IMG/VR virus record: IMGVR_UViG_3300035670_011224
Span: 88,430 to 152,429 of that record
Reading direction: 5' to 3' (one strand)
Length of the DNA stretch: 64,000 nucleotides
Origin: a virus
Positions 48,515 through 58,104 of the stretch are shown piece by piece. Each line of letters starts with the position of its first letter. The stretch's first letter is position 1. The translations under genes were made by a program, and so were the position numbers. A model generated the notes under the pieces. It made no database searches. It was not told where the DNA came from and saw only the letters and a program-made list of their open reading frames with translations.

Positions 48515-48597
48515 TGGGACTGGTGGGAGTCGAACCCACACTCCTAGTCGGAAATGGATTTTGAGTCCATCGCGTATGCCAATTCCGCCACAGTCCC
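48515..48597 (-). tRNA. tRNA-Leu(CAA)
   Basis: GGGACTG...TGGCATAC...ATGGA-CTCAAAA-TCCAT, long variable arm, GTGGG-TTCGACT-CCCAC, CAGTCCC-A; CCA not encoded. Confidence 0.95.
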
Positions 48598-48636
48598 GTT
48601 CCAACAAAATAGATTATATCTTGTTGGATTTAAACA

Positions 48637-48918
48637 TCACGAATTATGAGCAGCCTTGAGCCTTTGAAATGTCTCGACCATAGCCTCAACATTATCAACC
48701 TTGCGAACGGGCTTAGACCTTTCCATCTCAGGAAGAACCTGTCCTCTTTCCGCAAGAGTTTTCTTGGTACGAGCATAACGACTCATAGTACTGTTCAACT
48801 TTTGACCAGTCTTAGCAGCAATTTCAGCATATGTCTTGCTCGAAAAAACTGCTTCAAGAAACATCTCGTCACTGCAACGAACGCGAGTCTGCTTAACGGA
48901 AGTAGTAACCTCTGCCAT
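48637..48918 (-). CDS. Small early protein, possibly HTH
   Basis: 93 aa; GGAGG SD; KTYAEIAAKTG; downstream of a consensus promoter. Confidence 0.7.
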   Translation of the reverse strand: MAEVTTSVKQTRVRCSDEMFLEAVFSSKTYAEIAAKTGQKLNSTMSRYARTKKTLAERGQVLPEMERSKPVRKVDNVEAMVETFQRLKAAHNS

Positions 48919-49001
48919 AATTATCCTCCAAATATTCTTTAGTAACTCAAACGAACTTGGGCTTAGTCACCTGACCAATACAACCCTTGCTCGTTCCTAT
49001 C

Positions 49002-49030
49002 ATTCTACTCTCTAGTATCGGCTCTGTCAA
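49002..49030 (-). promoter_or_regulatory. Consensus sigma-70 promoter
   Basis: TTGACA-GAGCCGATACTAGAGAG(17)-TAGAAT. Confidence 0.8.
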
Positions 49031-49075
49031 TGGCTCGACTTGAAAAATTCTTTTTTACGAGACATCGCCGTAATC

Positions 49076-49954
49076 CTATTTATCGATAAAAATATTATCG
49101 AATTCTTCCTTCAAAAATGCTCTTATTTTTGCTGCGTTTGGGCTACTTTTTAGATTTTCATATAGTTTTTCTTGACTAGAATTTCTAAAATTTTCTATCT
49201 CCATTCCTTCACCGAAAGTTTTTTCCGCTTCTATCAAAAGAAATTTAATAGTATTTTTAAATTGAGGATATGTTTTCCAATACTCGTTATCATGTTCCTT
49301 AACGGCCATAGCAAAACAAATAGCATAAATACTAAAATCCAAACACCCGCTAACAGCATCAACTCTTTCATTTAGAATACCATTATTATAATCTTCAACC
49401 GCACTTTTACTTCCTAATATATAAGAATTCCATTCGTCAATAATATATGATGGCATATCATTCCAATCCACAATATTTTTAACAAAGTAGAGATTATATC
49501 TGTATGATCTTAAGTCTGGTGGAATATATTTAGTAACTAAATGCATACTAATATTAGATTCTTCCAATACTATACAGCGAGAATTTAAAACATAAAAAAC
49601 ATTTAATTTTTTACTCAATGCTTTACTATATAAATTTCTAAGATGAGATGTTATACCATGAGAAGTTTCATGTACATTGATTCTTCTACTATCTTGATCA
49701 CCGTATGGTTTTTCAAAACTATGTGTTAATACATCTCCGTATATTGTATTTTCTTCAATTTTACGATACTTATCAACCTCCGTAAATACTAATCCGCTTT
49801 TTTCTTTTGGTTTTGGTTTATTTTCTGGAATAGTTTTAGGTTTATCATCCGGCATAATAACCACAATAGTATTGTCTGGTTGATTATTTTCATAGTAGTA
49901 ATAACCCAGTGCCGAACTTATAACTATTAGGGATAATATTTGTTTAGTTGTCAT
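49076..49954 (-). CDS. Membrane-anchored HExxH (zincin-like) protein
   Basis: N-terminal anchor ILSLIVISSALG; VHETSHG; downstream DEWNSY. Start likely ATG 49954. Confidence 0.55.
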   Translation of the reverse strand: MTTKQILSLIVISSALGYYYYENNQPDNTIVVIMPDDKPKTIPENKPKPKEKSGLVFTEVDKYRKIEENTIYGDVLTHSFEKPYGDQDSRRINVHETSHGITSHLRNLYSKALSKKLNVFYVLNSRCIVLEESNISMHLVTKYIPPDLRSYRYNLYFVKNIVDWNDMPSYIIDEWNSYILGSKSAVEDYNNGILNERVDAVSGCLDFSIYAICFAMAVKEHDNEYWKTYPQFKNTIKFLLIEAEKTFGEGMEIENFRNSSQEKLYENLKSSPNAAKIRAFLKEEFDNIFIDK

Positions 49955-50399
49955 GATTAATAGATTGTAGCCAATCCATGTAGTTATCATATATGTATCC
50001 TGCCTTTCTTGATTTCTCTATGTTCCTAGTCCCTGAACAATCTATAACCACAGATGTTGGTATAACATTGTACTTAAATTCTTTTGCTAATTTTTTATTA
50101 TCGTCTATATCTAGGAGACAAATAACAAACTTGTCTTTAATTTTTAGTTTATCAAAATCATTTTCTAAAATTGTACAATACTTGCACCATATACTTTTTA
50201 ATATAACTAATAATAATCTTTTTTCTTTTTTTGCAATCTCTAGCGCCTCCTTATAGTCTATATAAACTATTGATTCCTTTGGAGTATTAACTACTGGTAC
50301 TACTATAGATACTGGAATATCTTTCCTAGTAGTATGTTTTGATGTATAAAAAAACACAAAACCTAAAATTAGAATTGCTACTAAATATTTATTAATCAT
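49944..50399 (-). CDS. Exported thioredoxin-fold protein
   Basis: Signal anchor; WCKYC; IPT (cis-Pro); GY. Confidence 0.85.
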   Translation of the reverse strand: MINKYLVAILILGFVFFYTSKHTTRKDIPVSIVVPVVNTPKESIVYIDYKEALEIAKKEKRLLLVILKSIWCKYCTILENDFDKLKIKDKFVICLLDIDDNKKLAKEFKYNVIPTSVVIDCSGTRNIEKSRKAGYIYDNYMDWLQSINHDN

Positions 50400-50400
50400 T

Positions 50401-50580
50401 TTATTCTTTCGGCATTATAATAGCTAGTATTAAATAAATCCATAATAATAAAGTTCCTGTTGCAAAAGTTCCTAAAAAGAAAAGCAATCGTACTATTGAT
50501 GTATCCCAACCTAAATATTCCGCAATTCCAGCACAAACACCAAAAATAAATTTATTGGATGATTTTTTAAGTTTTGACAT
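50401..50580 (-). CDS. pspC: PspC-domain membrane protein (59 aa)
   Basis: Below the ORF-track cutoff; hand-translated MSKLKKSSNKFIFGVCAGIAEYLGWDTSIVRLLF...IYLILAIIMPKE, the classic PspC GVCxGxAxY...R...Y...P pattern. Confidence 0.9.
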   Translation of the reverse strand: MSKLKKSSNKFIFGVCAGIAEYLGWDTSIVRLLFFLGTFATGTLLLWIYLILAIIMPKE

Positions 50581-51896
50581 TATGCTATAACTCCTTGATG
50601 AACATTACCGTAAACGTCTGTTAATCTAAAATCTCTACCACTATATCTATAGGTGAGTTTGGTATGATCAATTCCCATCAGATGTAGTATAGTAGCGTGT
50701 AAATCATGAATAGTCATTTGATTTGTTTCTAAAGAGGTATGACCAAAATCATCAGTACTACCATATCTTATACCCCCCTTTACTCCACCTCCACACAGCC
50801 ATAAACTATATCCTAAATGATTATGATCTCTACCAGTTGCTTTGTCTTGAAATCCGGGAGTTCGTCCAAATTCTCCGCCCCATATAATTAATGTATCTTC
50901 TAACATACCTCGATCTTTTAGATCACTAATTAGTGCAGATATTGGTTTGTCAACCTCTGAGCATTTGGTTATCATATTCTTTTCTATATCTGTATGAAAA
51001 TCCCAAGTTCCAATTCCTATCTCAATAAATCTCACACCCGCTTCCGCAAACTTTCTTGCTAGTAAACATTGTTTACCAAAAGCATCTGTTGGTTTTTGAC
51101 CTATACCATAATTATCTAATACTATTTTATTTTCTTTTTGTATATCTAATATTTTAGGAACCTCTGTTTGCATTTTAAATGCTAACTCATAACTATTTAT
51201 TAGTGCTTCTAATTCTGTATTCACAATATCATTGTTTAGTTGTAGCCTACCAATTTTTTGTAAAGTATCTAAATTTTTTCTTTGAACATCAGAAGAAAAC
51301 TTACCAGATAAATTAGGAATAGCATTTTTTATATTACCAGCATTTATGGAAGTTCCTTGATATGTTGCTGGTAGAAATGCACTACTATAATCACTGGCTG
51401 GTATTGTAGCATTAATAGTAATAAAGCCAGGTAGTTCTTGGTTCTCTGTTCCAAGACCATATAACATCCAAGACCCAATACTTGGTCTAACAAACTGAAA
51501 ACTTCCAGTGTGCAACAATGTTCTAGCCTGTTCATGATTTCCGGTATCTGCTTTCATACCATTAATTAAACATAAATCGTCCGCGTGTTTTTGAAGTTGT
51601 GGAAATAAATCACTAATCATAAGACCACTTTTGCCACACGGACTAAATTTGCTAATTGGCTTATATAACTTTCTATTCTTTTCTTTGGGGTCTTGTTCAC
51701 CATGTTTCTTTTCTAATTCTGGTTTATGATCAAAAGTATCCACATGCGAAACACCACCGTTCATATAAAGAAAGATTATTCTTTTAGCTTTTGGAGTATG
51801 ATGAACAACATTCTCTCCCAATAACATACTATTAAAGGCTAATCCTCCAATCCCACAGGATGCTGATTCTAGTATTTTTCTTCTAGAAAGTAACAT
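50580..51896 (-). CDS. DUF1501 family protein, Tat-exported (copy 2)
   Basis: MLLSRRKIL; PKAKRIIFLYMNGGVSHVDTFDHKP; GEFGRTP; GRDHN; RDFRLTDVYG. Confidence 0.92.
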   Translation of the reverse strand: MLLSRRKILESASCGIGGLAFNSMLLGENVVHHTPKAKRIIFLYMNGGVSHVDTFDHKPELEKKHGEQDPKEKNRKLYKPISKFSPCGKSGLMISDLFPQLQKHADDLCLINGMKADTGNHEQARTLLHTGSFQFVRPSIGSWMLYGLGTENQELPGFITINATIPASDYSSAFLPATYQGTSINAGNIKNAIPNLSGKFSSDVQRKNLDTLQKIGRLQLNNDIVNTELEALINSYELAFKMQTEVPKILDIQKENKIVLDNYGIGQKPTDAFGKQCLLARKFAEAGVRFIEIGIGTWDFHTDIEKNMITKCSEVDKPISALISDLKDRGMLEDTLIIWGGEFGRTPGFQDKATGRDHNHLGYSLWLCGGGVKGGIRYGSTDDFGHTSLETNQMTIHDLHATILHLMGIDHTKLTYRYSGRDFRLTDVYGNVHQGVIA

Positions 51897-52437
51897 ATTT
51901 AGCTCCTTTTCTAAGATTATCTTTAGCCCATAAGGGTTGAAGATTAGTATAGTGAAAACATAATTTTTGTTCTTTTTTGAGTTTTAGATTAAAAGCAGCA
52001 CAAGGTCTAATATGGTCTATATGCCATTGTCCATAATTTTCCCAACTCATACCATCTAGAAATTTTTGTTCTATATATTGCTTAAAAGACTCCAAATCAC
52101 ATCCTAATAATTTTAGTGTACTAGCAGATTTAGTTGATCCTCTAACAATATGTCCTATTCTAACCCTAATATTACTGATTAATTTATATGTAATATTTGT
52201 TTTTCTAGTTTTTCTTTCCCATTCTCTCTTATACTTTTTTCTTTGTTCTCTTGTTCTATCAGCATATTCTTTAATTTTATCTAAATTTTTAAGTCTATAT
52301 TTTTGTTTATCTAAGTTTCTACATTTTTTACACGAACTTTTAAAAGAGTTACCTCTTTTATGAAAAAATTCATGTGTTTTAGGGAAAGTTTTTTTACAAG
52401 TTCCACATTTTTTAGTTAGACTTTTCTTTGTATTCAT
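51883..52437 (-). CDS. Free-standing HNH-type (homing) endonuclease
   Basis: CxxC...CxxC; MSWENYGQWHIDHIRPC...CFHYTNLQPLWAKDNLRKG. Confidence 0.85.
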   Translation of the reverse strand: MNTKKSLTKKCGTCKKTFPKTHEFFHKRGNSFKSSCKKCRNLDKQKYRLKNLDKIKEYADRTREQRKKYKREWERKTRKTNITYKLISNIRVRIGHIVRGSTKSASTLKLLGCDLESFKQYIEQKFLDGMSWENYGQWHIDHIRPCAAFNLKLKKEQKLCFHYTNLQPLWAKDNLRKGAKYVTF

Positions 52438-54821
52438 TATGGGACGCTTCTAAATTCTAAAGTGGATACTAATATTTGAATAAAACCTACCATAGCAACG
52501 TCTTCTTTTTCAGCACTTTTAAAGTATTCTTCAATAATAGTTAACTCTTGTTGTGAGGGTGGTCTTGATAAACATTTAAGATAACCATATTCTATTTTAT
52601 CTTTAATAGGCTTATCTTTTAACGAGTCTATTTGTTTAGCAATTTTTTCACAATATCCTATAACTACATTATTATTCATCATATAAAGAGCTTGCGTAGT
52701 AACTATAGTTTCATTTCTATCAGCATTTAATAAATTATTGTCTGGTCTATCAAAAATATCTAAAAACTCTATAGCATAATCTCTTGGCAATGGTAGATAA
52801 ATACTTCTATATTTAGCATTAAATATTTCTTTATTAATTTCTCCAGTAATTTTTCTTTTAGAATTACCTGTCATTAAATTAGTATTATCTGGATGAGTTG
52901 GCGTTAGTTCTCCGACGAGAAATAGAAAACTATCTCTTATATTGTCAGCAATCAAAGGCTTAGTATTCATTCTCCAAAAATAAATATTATCGGAATCTTT
53001 TTCATAATTTTGTTGATTAAACTCTGTCGATTGTTTATATGCGTTGCTTGTCACAATATCTTTTATAATGAACTTAATATTAAAATCGCTATTAATAAAT
53101 TTATTAGCTAAATAATCTAGAAGTTCTGGATTAGATGGTTCTCCACCAAGATTTCCAAAGTTATCGAAACTTTCTACCAAACCTCTACCAAAAAGATAAT
53201 TCCACACCCTATTACAAAATACTCTATAGGTCAGAGGATTATTCTTATCTGCGATCCAGTTTGCTAGTTCTATTCTTCCACTACTTTTAGATACTGATGG
53301 ATTGGTTTCTGGAGAATCATTATGAAAAATTTGAGGAACATTTTTTATTGTTTCCTCACCCAAACTATTAACATTTCCTCTAATATGAACTTTGGTTTTT
53401 TCTGTAATGCTTTTATTATCTCGTAAACTCATAACAGGTTCTAAAGGACTGTCTGTGAGTATTTTTAGCAAAAGAATTTTGTTCTCGTCATCTGGAATTT
53501 TTGCTATTGCTTCCGACAATTCTTTCTCAACTTTTTCTGCTTCTTTGATCGCTTGTTTTTTATCGTTCTCATTTAGATTGGGATTATATACATGAATAGT
53601 TCTGAGTCTCTGAAACTTGTTATTTATGTCACTAAACAACTCTATAAGATCATATCTATTTGTATCAAAATATTTTCGTAAGTCATCATTAATTAGATAA
53701 TCATAATCTCCTTCGTATCCTATATTATTATTACCCCTATAAACACCATCTTTGGTTTGACAATTACTCAATATACCATACATAGAATAGTAGTCTTTTT
53801 GACTAAATGGATCAAACTTATGATCATGACATCTAGCACATGATAATGTTATTCCTAAAAATCCTCTGGAGATAACATCTATCTGTTCATCAATCGTTTC
53901 TGCCAAGTATTCTTTCGGACCTATGTTTAGGCTTTTAGTTCCAATAGACAAAAAACCAACAGCAATTAAATGATTATTGTATTCTTGAATAGATTTTGCT
54001 GGTATTAGATCACCAGCAATTTGTTCTTTAATAAAAATATTGTATGGTTTGTTACTATTAAAACAATCAATAATATAATCTCTATATCTCCAAGCATATG
54101 GATATAATACATTTTGGTCTTTACCCGTGGATTCTCCGTATCTAGCAATATCAAGCCAATATCTTGCCCATTTTTCTCCAAAACGCTTATCGTCCAAAAG
54201 ACGATCAACTAATTTAGTATATTTATCTGAAGAAGAATCGCTAACATATGATATTATTTCTTCAACAGTCGGAGGAACGCCTATTAAATCAAAGTATAGT
54301 CTCCTAATCAATACATAATCATTAGCGGGACTAGAATTGGTTAATTGTTTAGTTGTTATTTTTGATTGTATAAGACTATCTATTGAGGATCCATTATTTT
54401 CTATTAGAGGTTGTAGTGACCACAAATCATCTTTCATATCAAGTATTGATTGTGGTTGATCCCTAGGATCTATTGCCCCATTATTTATCCATATTTTAAA
54501 ATTATTTATAACTTGATCGGATAATTTTTCGTCAGGAGGCATGGAAATATCAGAATGATTTAAAGCCTGTAATAGCAGGCTATCATCTGCATTTTTGGGT
54601 ATTATTACCTGACCACTATCACCACCCTTCATCCATGCTTCTTTATGGTCTAGGGATAATCCACCTTTTGGTTCGTTTAGCGTGGAAGAATGACAAGAGT
54701 AACATTTTTCTGCTAATATTGGTCTGATATTAGTTTCAAAAAAGATTATATTCTCATCAGCATTTGTTGTGTAACAAATAAAAAGCTGTAGAATTAATAG
54801 TAATAGAAAAGAAAGTCTCAT
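52437..54821 (-). CDS. Planctomycete cytochrome c + DUF1549 (PSCyt2) + DUF1553 (PSD1) protein
   Basis: Signal peptide; FFETNIRPIL..KCYSCH...MPP...WINNGA; IRRLYFDLIGVPPT, GEKWARYWLDIARY, WRYRDY, CARCHDHKFDP; SGRIELANWI, NRVW..LFGRG, PSNPELLDYLA, QALYMMN. Confidence 0.95.
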   Translation of the reverse strand: MRLSFLLLLILQLFICYTTNADENIIFFETNIRPILAEKCYSCHSSTLNEPKGGLSLDHKEAWMKGGDSGQVIIPKNADDSLLLQALNHSDISMPPDEKLSDQVINNFKIWINNGAIDPRDQPQSILDMKDDLWSLQPLIENNGSSIDSLIQSKITTKQLTNSSPANDYVLIRRLYFDLIGVPPTVEEIISYVSDSSSDKYTKLVDRLLDDKRFGEKWARYWLDIARYGESTGKDQNVLYPYAWRYRDYIIDCFNSNKPYNIFIKEQIAGDLIPAKSIQEYNNHLIAVGFLSIGTKSLNIGPKEYLAETIDEQIDVISRGFLGITLSCARCHDHKFDPFSQKDYYSMYGILSNCQTKDGVYRGNNNIGYEGDYDYLINDDLRKYFDTNRYDLIELFSDINNKFQRLRTIHVYNPNLNENDKKQAIKEAEKVEKELSEAIAKIPDDENKILLLKILTDSPLEPVMSLRDNKSITEKTKVHIRGNVNSLGEETIKNVPQIFHNDSPETNPSVSKSSGRIELANWIADKNNPLTYRVFCNRVWNYLFGRGLVESFDNFGNLGGEPSNPELLDYLANKFINSDFNIKFIIKDIVTSNAYKQSTEFNQQNYEKDSDNIYFWRMNTKPLIADNIRDSFLFLVGELTPTHPDNTNLMTGNSKRKITGEINKEIFNAKYRSIYLPLPRDYAIEFLDIFDRPDNNLLNADRNETIVTTQALYMMNNNVVIGYCEKIAKQIDSLKDKPIKDKIEYGYLKCLSRPPSQQELTIIEEYFKSAEKEDVAMVGFIQILVSTLEFRSVP

Positions 54822-54846
54822 TGTTATTATTCCTATTGACCACTAT

Positions 54847-54856
54847 AATTTACACC
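54847..54856 (-). promoter_or_regulatory. GGTGTAW motif
   Basis: GGTGTAAATT about 29 nt upstream of ATG 54821. Confidence 0.45.
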
Positions 54857-54866
54857 TTTTAAGAGA

Positions 54867-56741
54867 TTATATCTTATCAATTTTACGTTGTGGTTTTAAC
54901 TCTATTTTTCTTTTAATATCATCTTTTGGTAAAGGATTATTGTTATTATTAGATCCATCATTCATCTTAGGTTGCTCTTTATATGAATCAATCCATTTGT
55001 ATCCCATTGGCGTGTCCAGTTCATTTTGTGCAACTAAAGCCCAAGGGGTATCTGGAAAATCGCTAACTATTGATTGGAGATATTTAATTGCTGTGGCATA
55101 ACTCTTTTGTAACTGACTAGATTTTGTTGTAAATTCAGCATCAAACTCTAAATTCCATAAATTATTTTTTGGATCATTTTTTTGTAAACCAGTTTTTGCT
55201 TCGGCCAACATAGCATTGTATAATTCTATTCTACATTTAGTTGCCAGAATACGACCCATAGCCAAATTATAACTAGCAAGCCATCGTTTTTCATCTAACG
55301 ATTTAGATTGTGATTCTACTTCCTTGAGTATAGTATATATTCTATCTATCTGAGGCTCTATTTTTGCAGAATATTTTTGTGCTTCATTGAGTTGTTCTAC
55401 AAATTCACCCTCTGTGTATGCTGTAAAATTAATCTTTTGATTATTATTAATTTGTATAGGTATCTTACAAGCATTCAATAAAGCAGTTTTAATTTTATGT
55501 GTTTGATTCTCTTTAGTTTGTAGTAAAATACTTCGATAATCTGGTGAATATTTTTTCATCACAGCGTTATCAAAAAATACCGAGATATATGATGATAGTG
55601 GAGATATTTCTTTTTTAGATACTTGGTTTTCGTTCCTATTAGGATGAACAGCAAAATAAATTCCACCAGTATCAACACATATTTTACTTAAAGCATACGG
55701 ACCAAAACCACTATCTAGTCCAGATTCATCAATAGGTAAACTGTGAAGATCAAGAGTCATCTTAAATAATGTTTCCGGCCCTTGATTTATCTCAACCCAC
55801 TTTTCATTCTGATCAAATTTAGGATCTGGATCAACATATTTAAATTGTATAGATGATAATCCGAATGGCGCTGGAGGCCCAACAACATAAATCCTAGTTC
55901 CTTTTCTTCTTGCTTCTACAACAGTTTTGTCCAATAAATTAAGATCGTCTCCGACCTCATCTGTAAATACTACAATCATATTTCTTTTAGTTTTATATTG
56001 TTTACATAGTTGTTCTATTGATCCAAAAATATTCTCAATACCAGTTTCATCTAGGACTATGCTATCTATTGATCTATAAAGTATGTCCTTGTCATTTGTT
56101 GGATCCGAATTAATAATTGATAATGATGAGCCGAATGAACAGATAGTGTGTTTGATTGAGTGACTAGAACTATTCATCCCTATTTCTTGTATTATCTTCT
56201 CAAATCTATCTCTAATATCTTCTCTCTGTTTCGATAAACTAATTGATGCGTCAAATAACCATATTACATTAAGATCATTATTTTTAGCATTGTTTGCTAT
56301 CTCAATAGTCAATCTGTCTAAGACTCCTCCAACACTAGTATCTTGGCTTATTGATGTACCAATATTAATGTTTTGAACAACGTCGGTTTCGGATACTACG
56401 GAAAAATCTTGTACTTTTTCTAAGGAAACATCTGAAATAATATCAAGTTGAGGCATAGTGTTCAATATTTCGTTTGATACAGATAGTGGTGCTTGTGACT
56501 CTGGTTTTAATACTGTTACTTTTTGATCAAATGTTGTCATATTAATTAGTTCAACAGGCTCTTCATAATGCTCATATTCAACTGGGCTTGACTCTAAAAC
56601 TATGAGAGATTCTCTTTTATTTTCTAGCACAACAGTAATCAGAGACAATACCATAAATAGTATAACATTAACTAAGAATGATATACTAATGGATTCTAGT
56701 AGATCGGATGATAATATCTTTTTGATATTACTCATACTCAA
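54867..56741 (-). CDS. Membrane-anchored vWA-domain protein (planctomycete type)
   Basis: N-terminal TM helix; WLFDASIS (DxSxS MIDAS), VFTDEVGDD, GFGPYAL...TGGIYF, PDTPWA. Confidence 0.85.
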   Translation of the reverse strand: MSMSNIKKILSSDLLESISISFLVNVILFMVLSLITVVLENKRESLIVLESSPVEYEHYEEPVELINMTTFDQKVTVLKPESQAPLSVSNEILNTMPQLDIISDVSLEKVQDFSVVSETDVVQNINIGTSISQDTSVGGVLDRLTIEIANNAKNNDLNVIWLFDASISLSKQREDIRDRFEKIIQEIGMNSSSHSIKHTICSFGSSLSIINSDPTNDKDILYRSIDSIVLDETGIENIFGSIEQLCKQYKTKRNMIVVFTDEVGDDLNLLDKTVVEARRKGTRIYVVGPPAPFGLSSIQFKYVDPDPKFDQNEKWVEINQGPETLFKMTLDLHSLPIDESGLDSGFGPYALSKICVDTGGIYFAVHPNRNENQVSKKEISPLSSYISVFFDNAVMKKYSPDYRSILLQTKENQTHKIKTALLNACKIPIQINNNQKINFTAYTEGEFVEQLNEAQKYSAKIEPQIDRIYTILKEVESQSKSLDEKRWLASYNLAMGRILATKCRIELYNAMLAEAKTGLQKNDPKNNLWNLEFDAEFTTKSSQLQKSYATAIKYLQSIVSDFPDTPWALVAQNELDTPMGYKWIDSYKEQPKMNDGSNNNNNPLPKDDIKRKIELKPQRKIDKI

Positions 56742-56743
56742 CC

Positions 56744-57988
56744 TCAGAACAGTTCTTTAATTACTCGTCCAGAATTAGCAATCTTCATTGGACGACCATT
56801 TTTAGATGTGAATGTTGTTTCTAATGAAATACCAACAGACTTTAGTATACTAGCCATTAAATCTTCAGAACTATATGATTCTGATACTACCTCTTTACCG
56901 TCCTGACTAGTTTCACCAACAACTACTCCACGCTTAAAACCAGCACCACCAACAACGGCACTCCAACTTCTAGCCCAATGATCTCTACCACTATTACCAT
57001 TGATATTTGGGGTACGACCAAATTCGCCCATCCATACTATGGCAGTAGTATCTAATAAACCTCTATTATTGAGATCATCAATCAAAGCACTCATTGATTT
57101 ATCTAGTTCTGGAAGTTTTTGATTTTGCAGAGTTGGAAAAATATCGCTATGATTATCCCATCCACCCAAATCAACTTCGATAAACGGGACTCCTGTTTCT
57201 ACTAATCTACGAGCCATTAAACAGCCGCGACCAAATCCAGTATTACCATATTTATCTCTAATTTCTTGAGGCTCTTTTGATACCTTAAAAGCATCCATTT
57301 GTTGGCTAGTCATAAGTTTTACTGTTTTATCGACAACTTTTTTATGCTCAATAGCAATATTCCCTCTCTTTTGAGAGATAAAATTATCTTCTATAGCCTC
57401 CAACATCTGTAATCTTTCCATTACTCTATTTTGATCAATACTACCATTTAAATCACGAATATTTCCATTACTATCAACAACAAACGGAGCATAAGTCATT
57501 CCTAAAAACCCCGGACCAATACTGCTTCCTCCAACACTAACAAATGCTGGAATTTCTAATTCTGGCACAAACTTTGAAAGTTCATGAGATACTACGCTAC
57601 CATAACTTGGATGCTCAATACTTGGGTTTGGAACAAAACCCGTATGCATATAGTATCGTCCTCTTGTGTGATCTGCTTCTCTGGTACTCATACTACGAAC
57701 AATACTCATATGGTGCATTTGCTTAGACAATAATGGTAGATGCTCACATATTTGTATACCATCAGCACTTGTGCTAATTGGCTTAAAAGGACCGCCAGTA
57801 GGAGTATCCGGTTTTAAATCCCAAAGATCAATAGTGCTGGGACCACCACCCATCCATAAAAGAATCACAGATTTCGTATTCTTTTTCATATCGGCCGCAT
57901 TAGCCAGAATAGAATCTGTAAAATTAATTGCTGGTAAAACTAATGGAGCCGCACCTACGGTATGAGATATAAAATGTCTTCTATTCAT
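56744..57988 (-). CDS. DUF1501 family protein, Tat-exported (copy 3)
   Basis: MNRRHFI; LWMGGGPSTIDLWDLKP; ARRLVETGVPFIEV; GGWDNH; GEFGRTP; GRDHW. Confidence 0.92.
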   Translation of the reverse strand: MNRRHFISHTVGAAPLVLPAINFTDSILANAADMKKNTKSVILLWMGGGPSTIDLWDLKPDTPTGGPFKPISTSADGIQICEHLPLLSKQMHHMSIVRSMSTREADHTRGRYYMHTGFVPNPSIEHPSYGSVVSHELSKFVPELEIPAFVSVGGSSIGPGFLGMTYAPFVVDSNGNIRDLNGSIDQNRVMERLQMLEAIEDNFISQKRGNIAIEHKKVVDKTVKLMTSQQMDAFKVSKEPQEIRDKYGNTGFGRGCLMARRLVETGVPFIEVDLGGWDNHSDIFPTLQNQKLPELDKSMSALIDDLNNRGLLDTTAIVWMGEFGRTPNINGNSGRDHWARSWSAVVGGAGFKRGVVVGETSQDGKEVVSESYSSEDLMASILKSVGISLETTFTSKNGRPMKIANSGRVIKELF

Positions 57989-57997
57989 AGAACATCC

Positions 57998-58102
57998 TTA
58001 AATTGTTATATTACTAATCAATTCTCCTATTTCTATTGTACTAAATCCCATAACCAGCATTGTTTGTTCTAGACCTATTAACATTTGTAATTCTTGAAAC
58101 AT
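57998..58102 (-). CDS. Possible 34-aa peptide
   Basis: MFQELQMLIGLEQTMLVMGFSTIEIGELISNITI fills the gap; preceded by GGAG. Confidence 0.4.
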   Translation of the reverse strand: MFQELQMLIGLEQTMLVMGFSTIEIGELISNITI

Positions 58103-58104
58103 TT

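Noticed and set aside
36876-57988. Planctomycete chromosome or prophage flank
   Set aside because: The genes are AT-rich like their neighbours, interleaved and overlapping with phage genes, and no housekeeping operons or integrase are present. A chimeric assembly cannot be fully excluded without reads.
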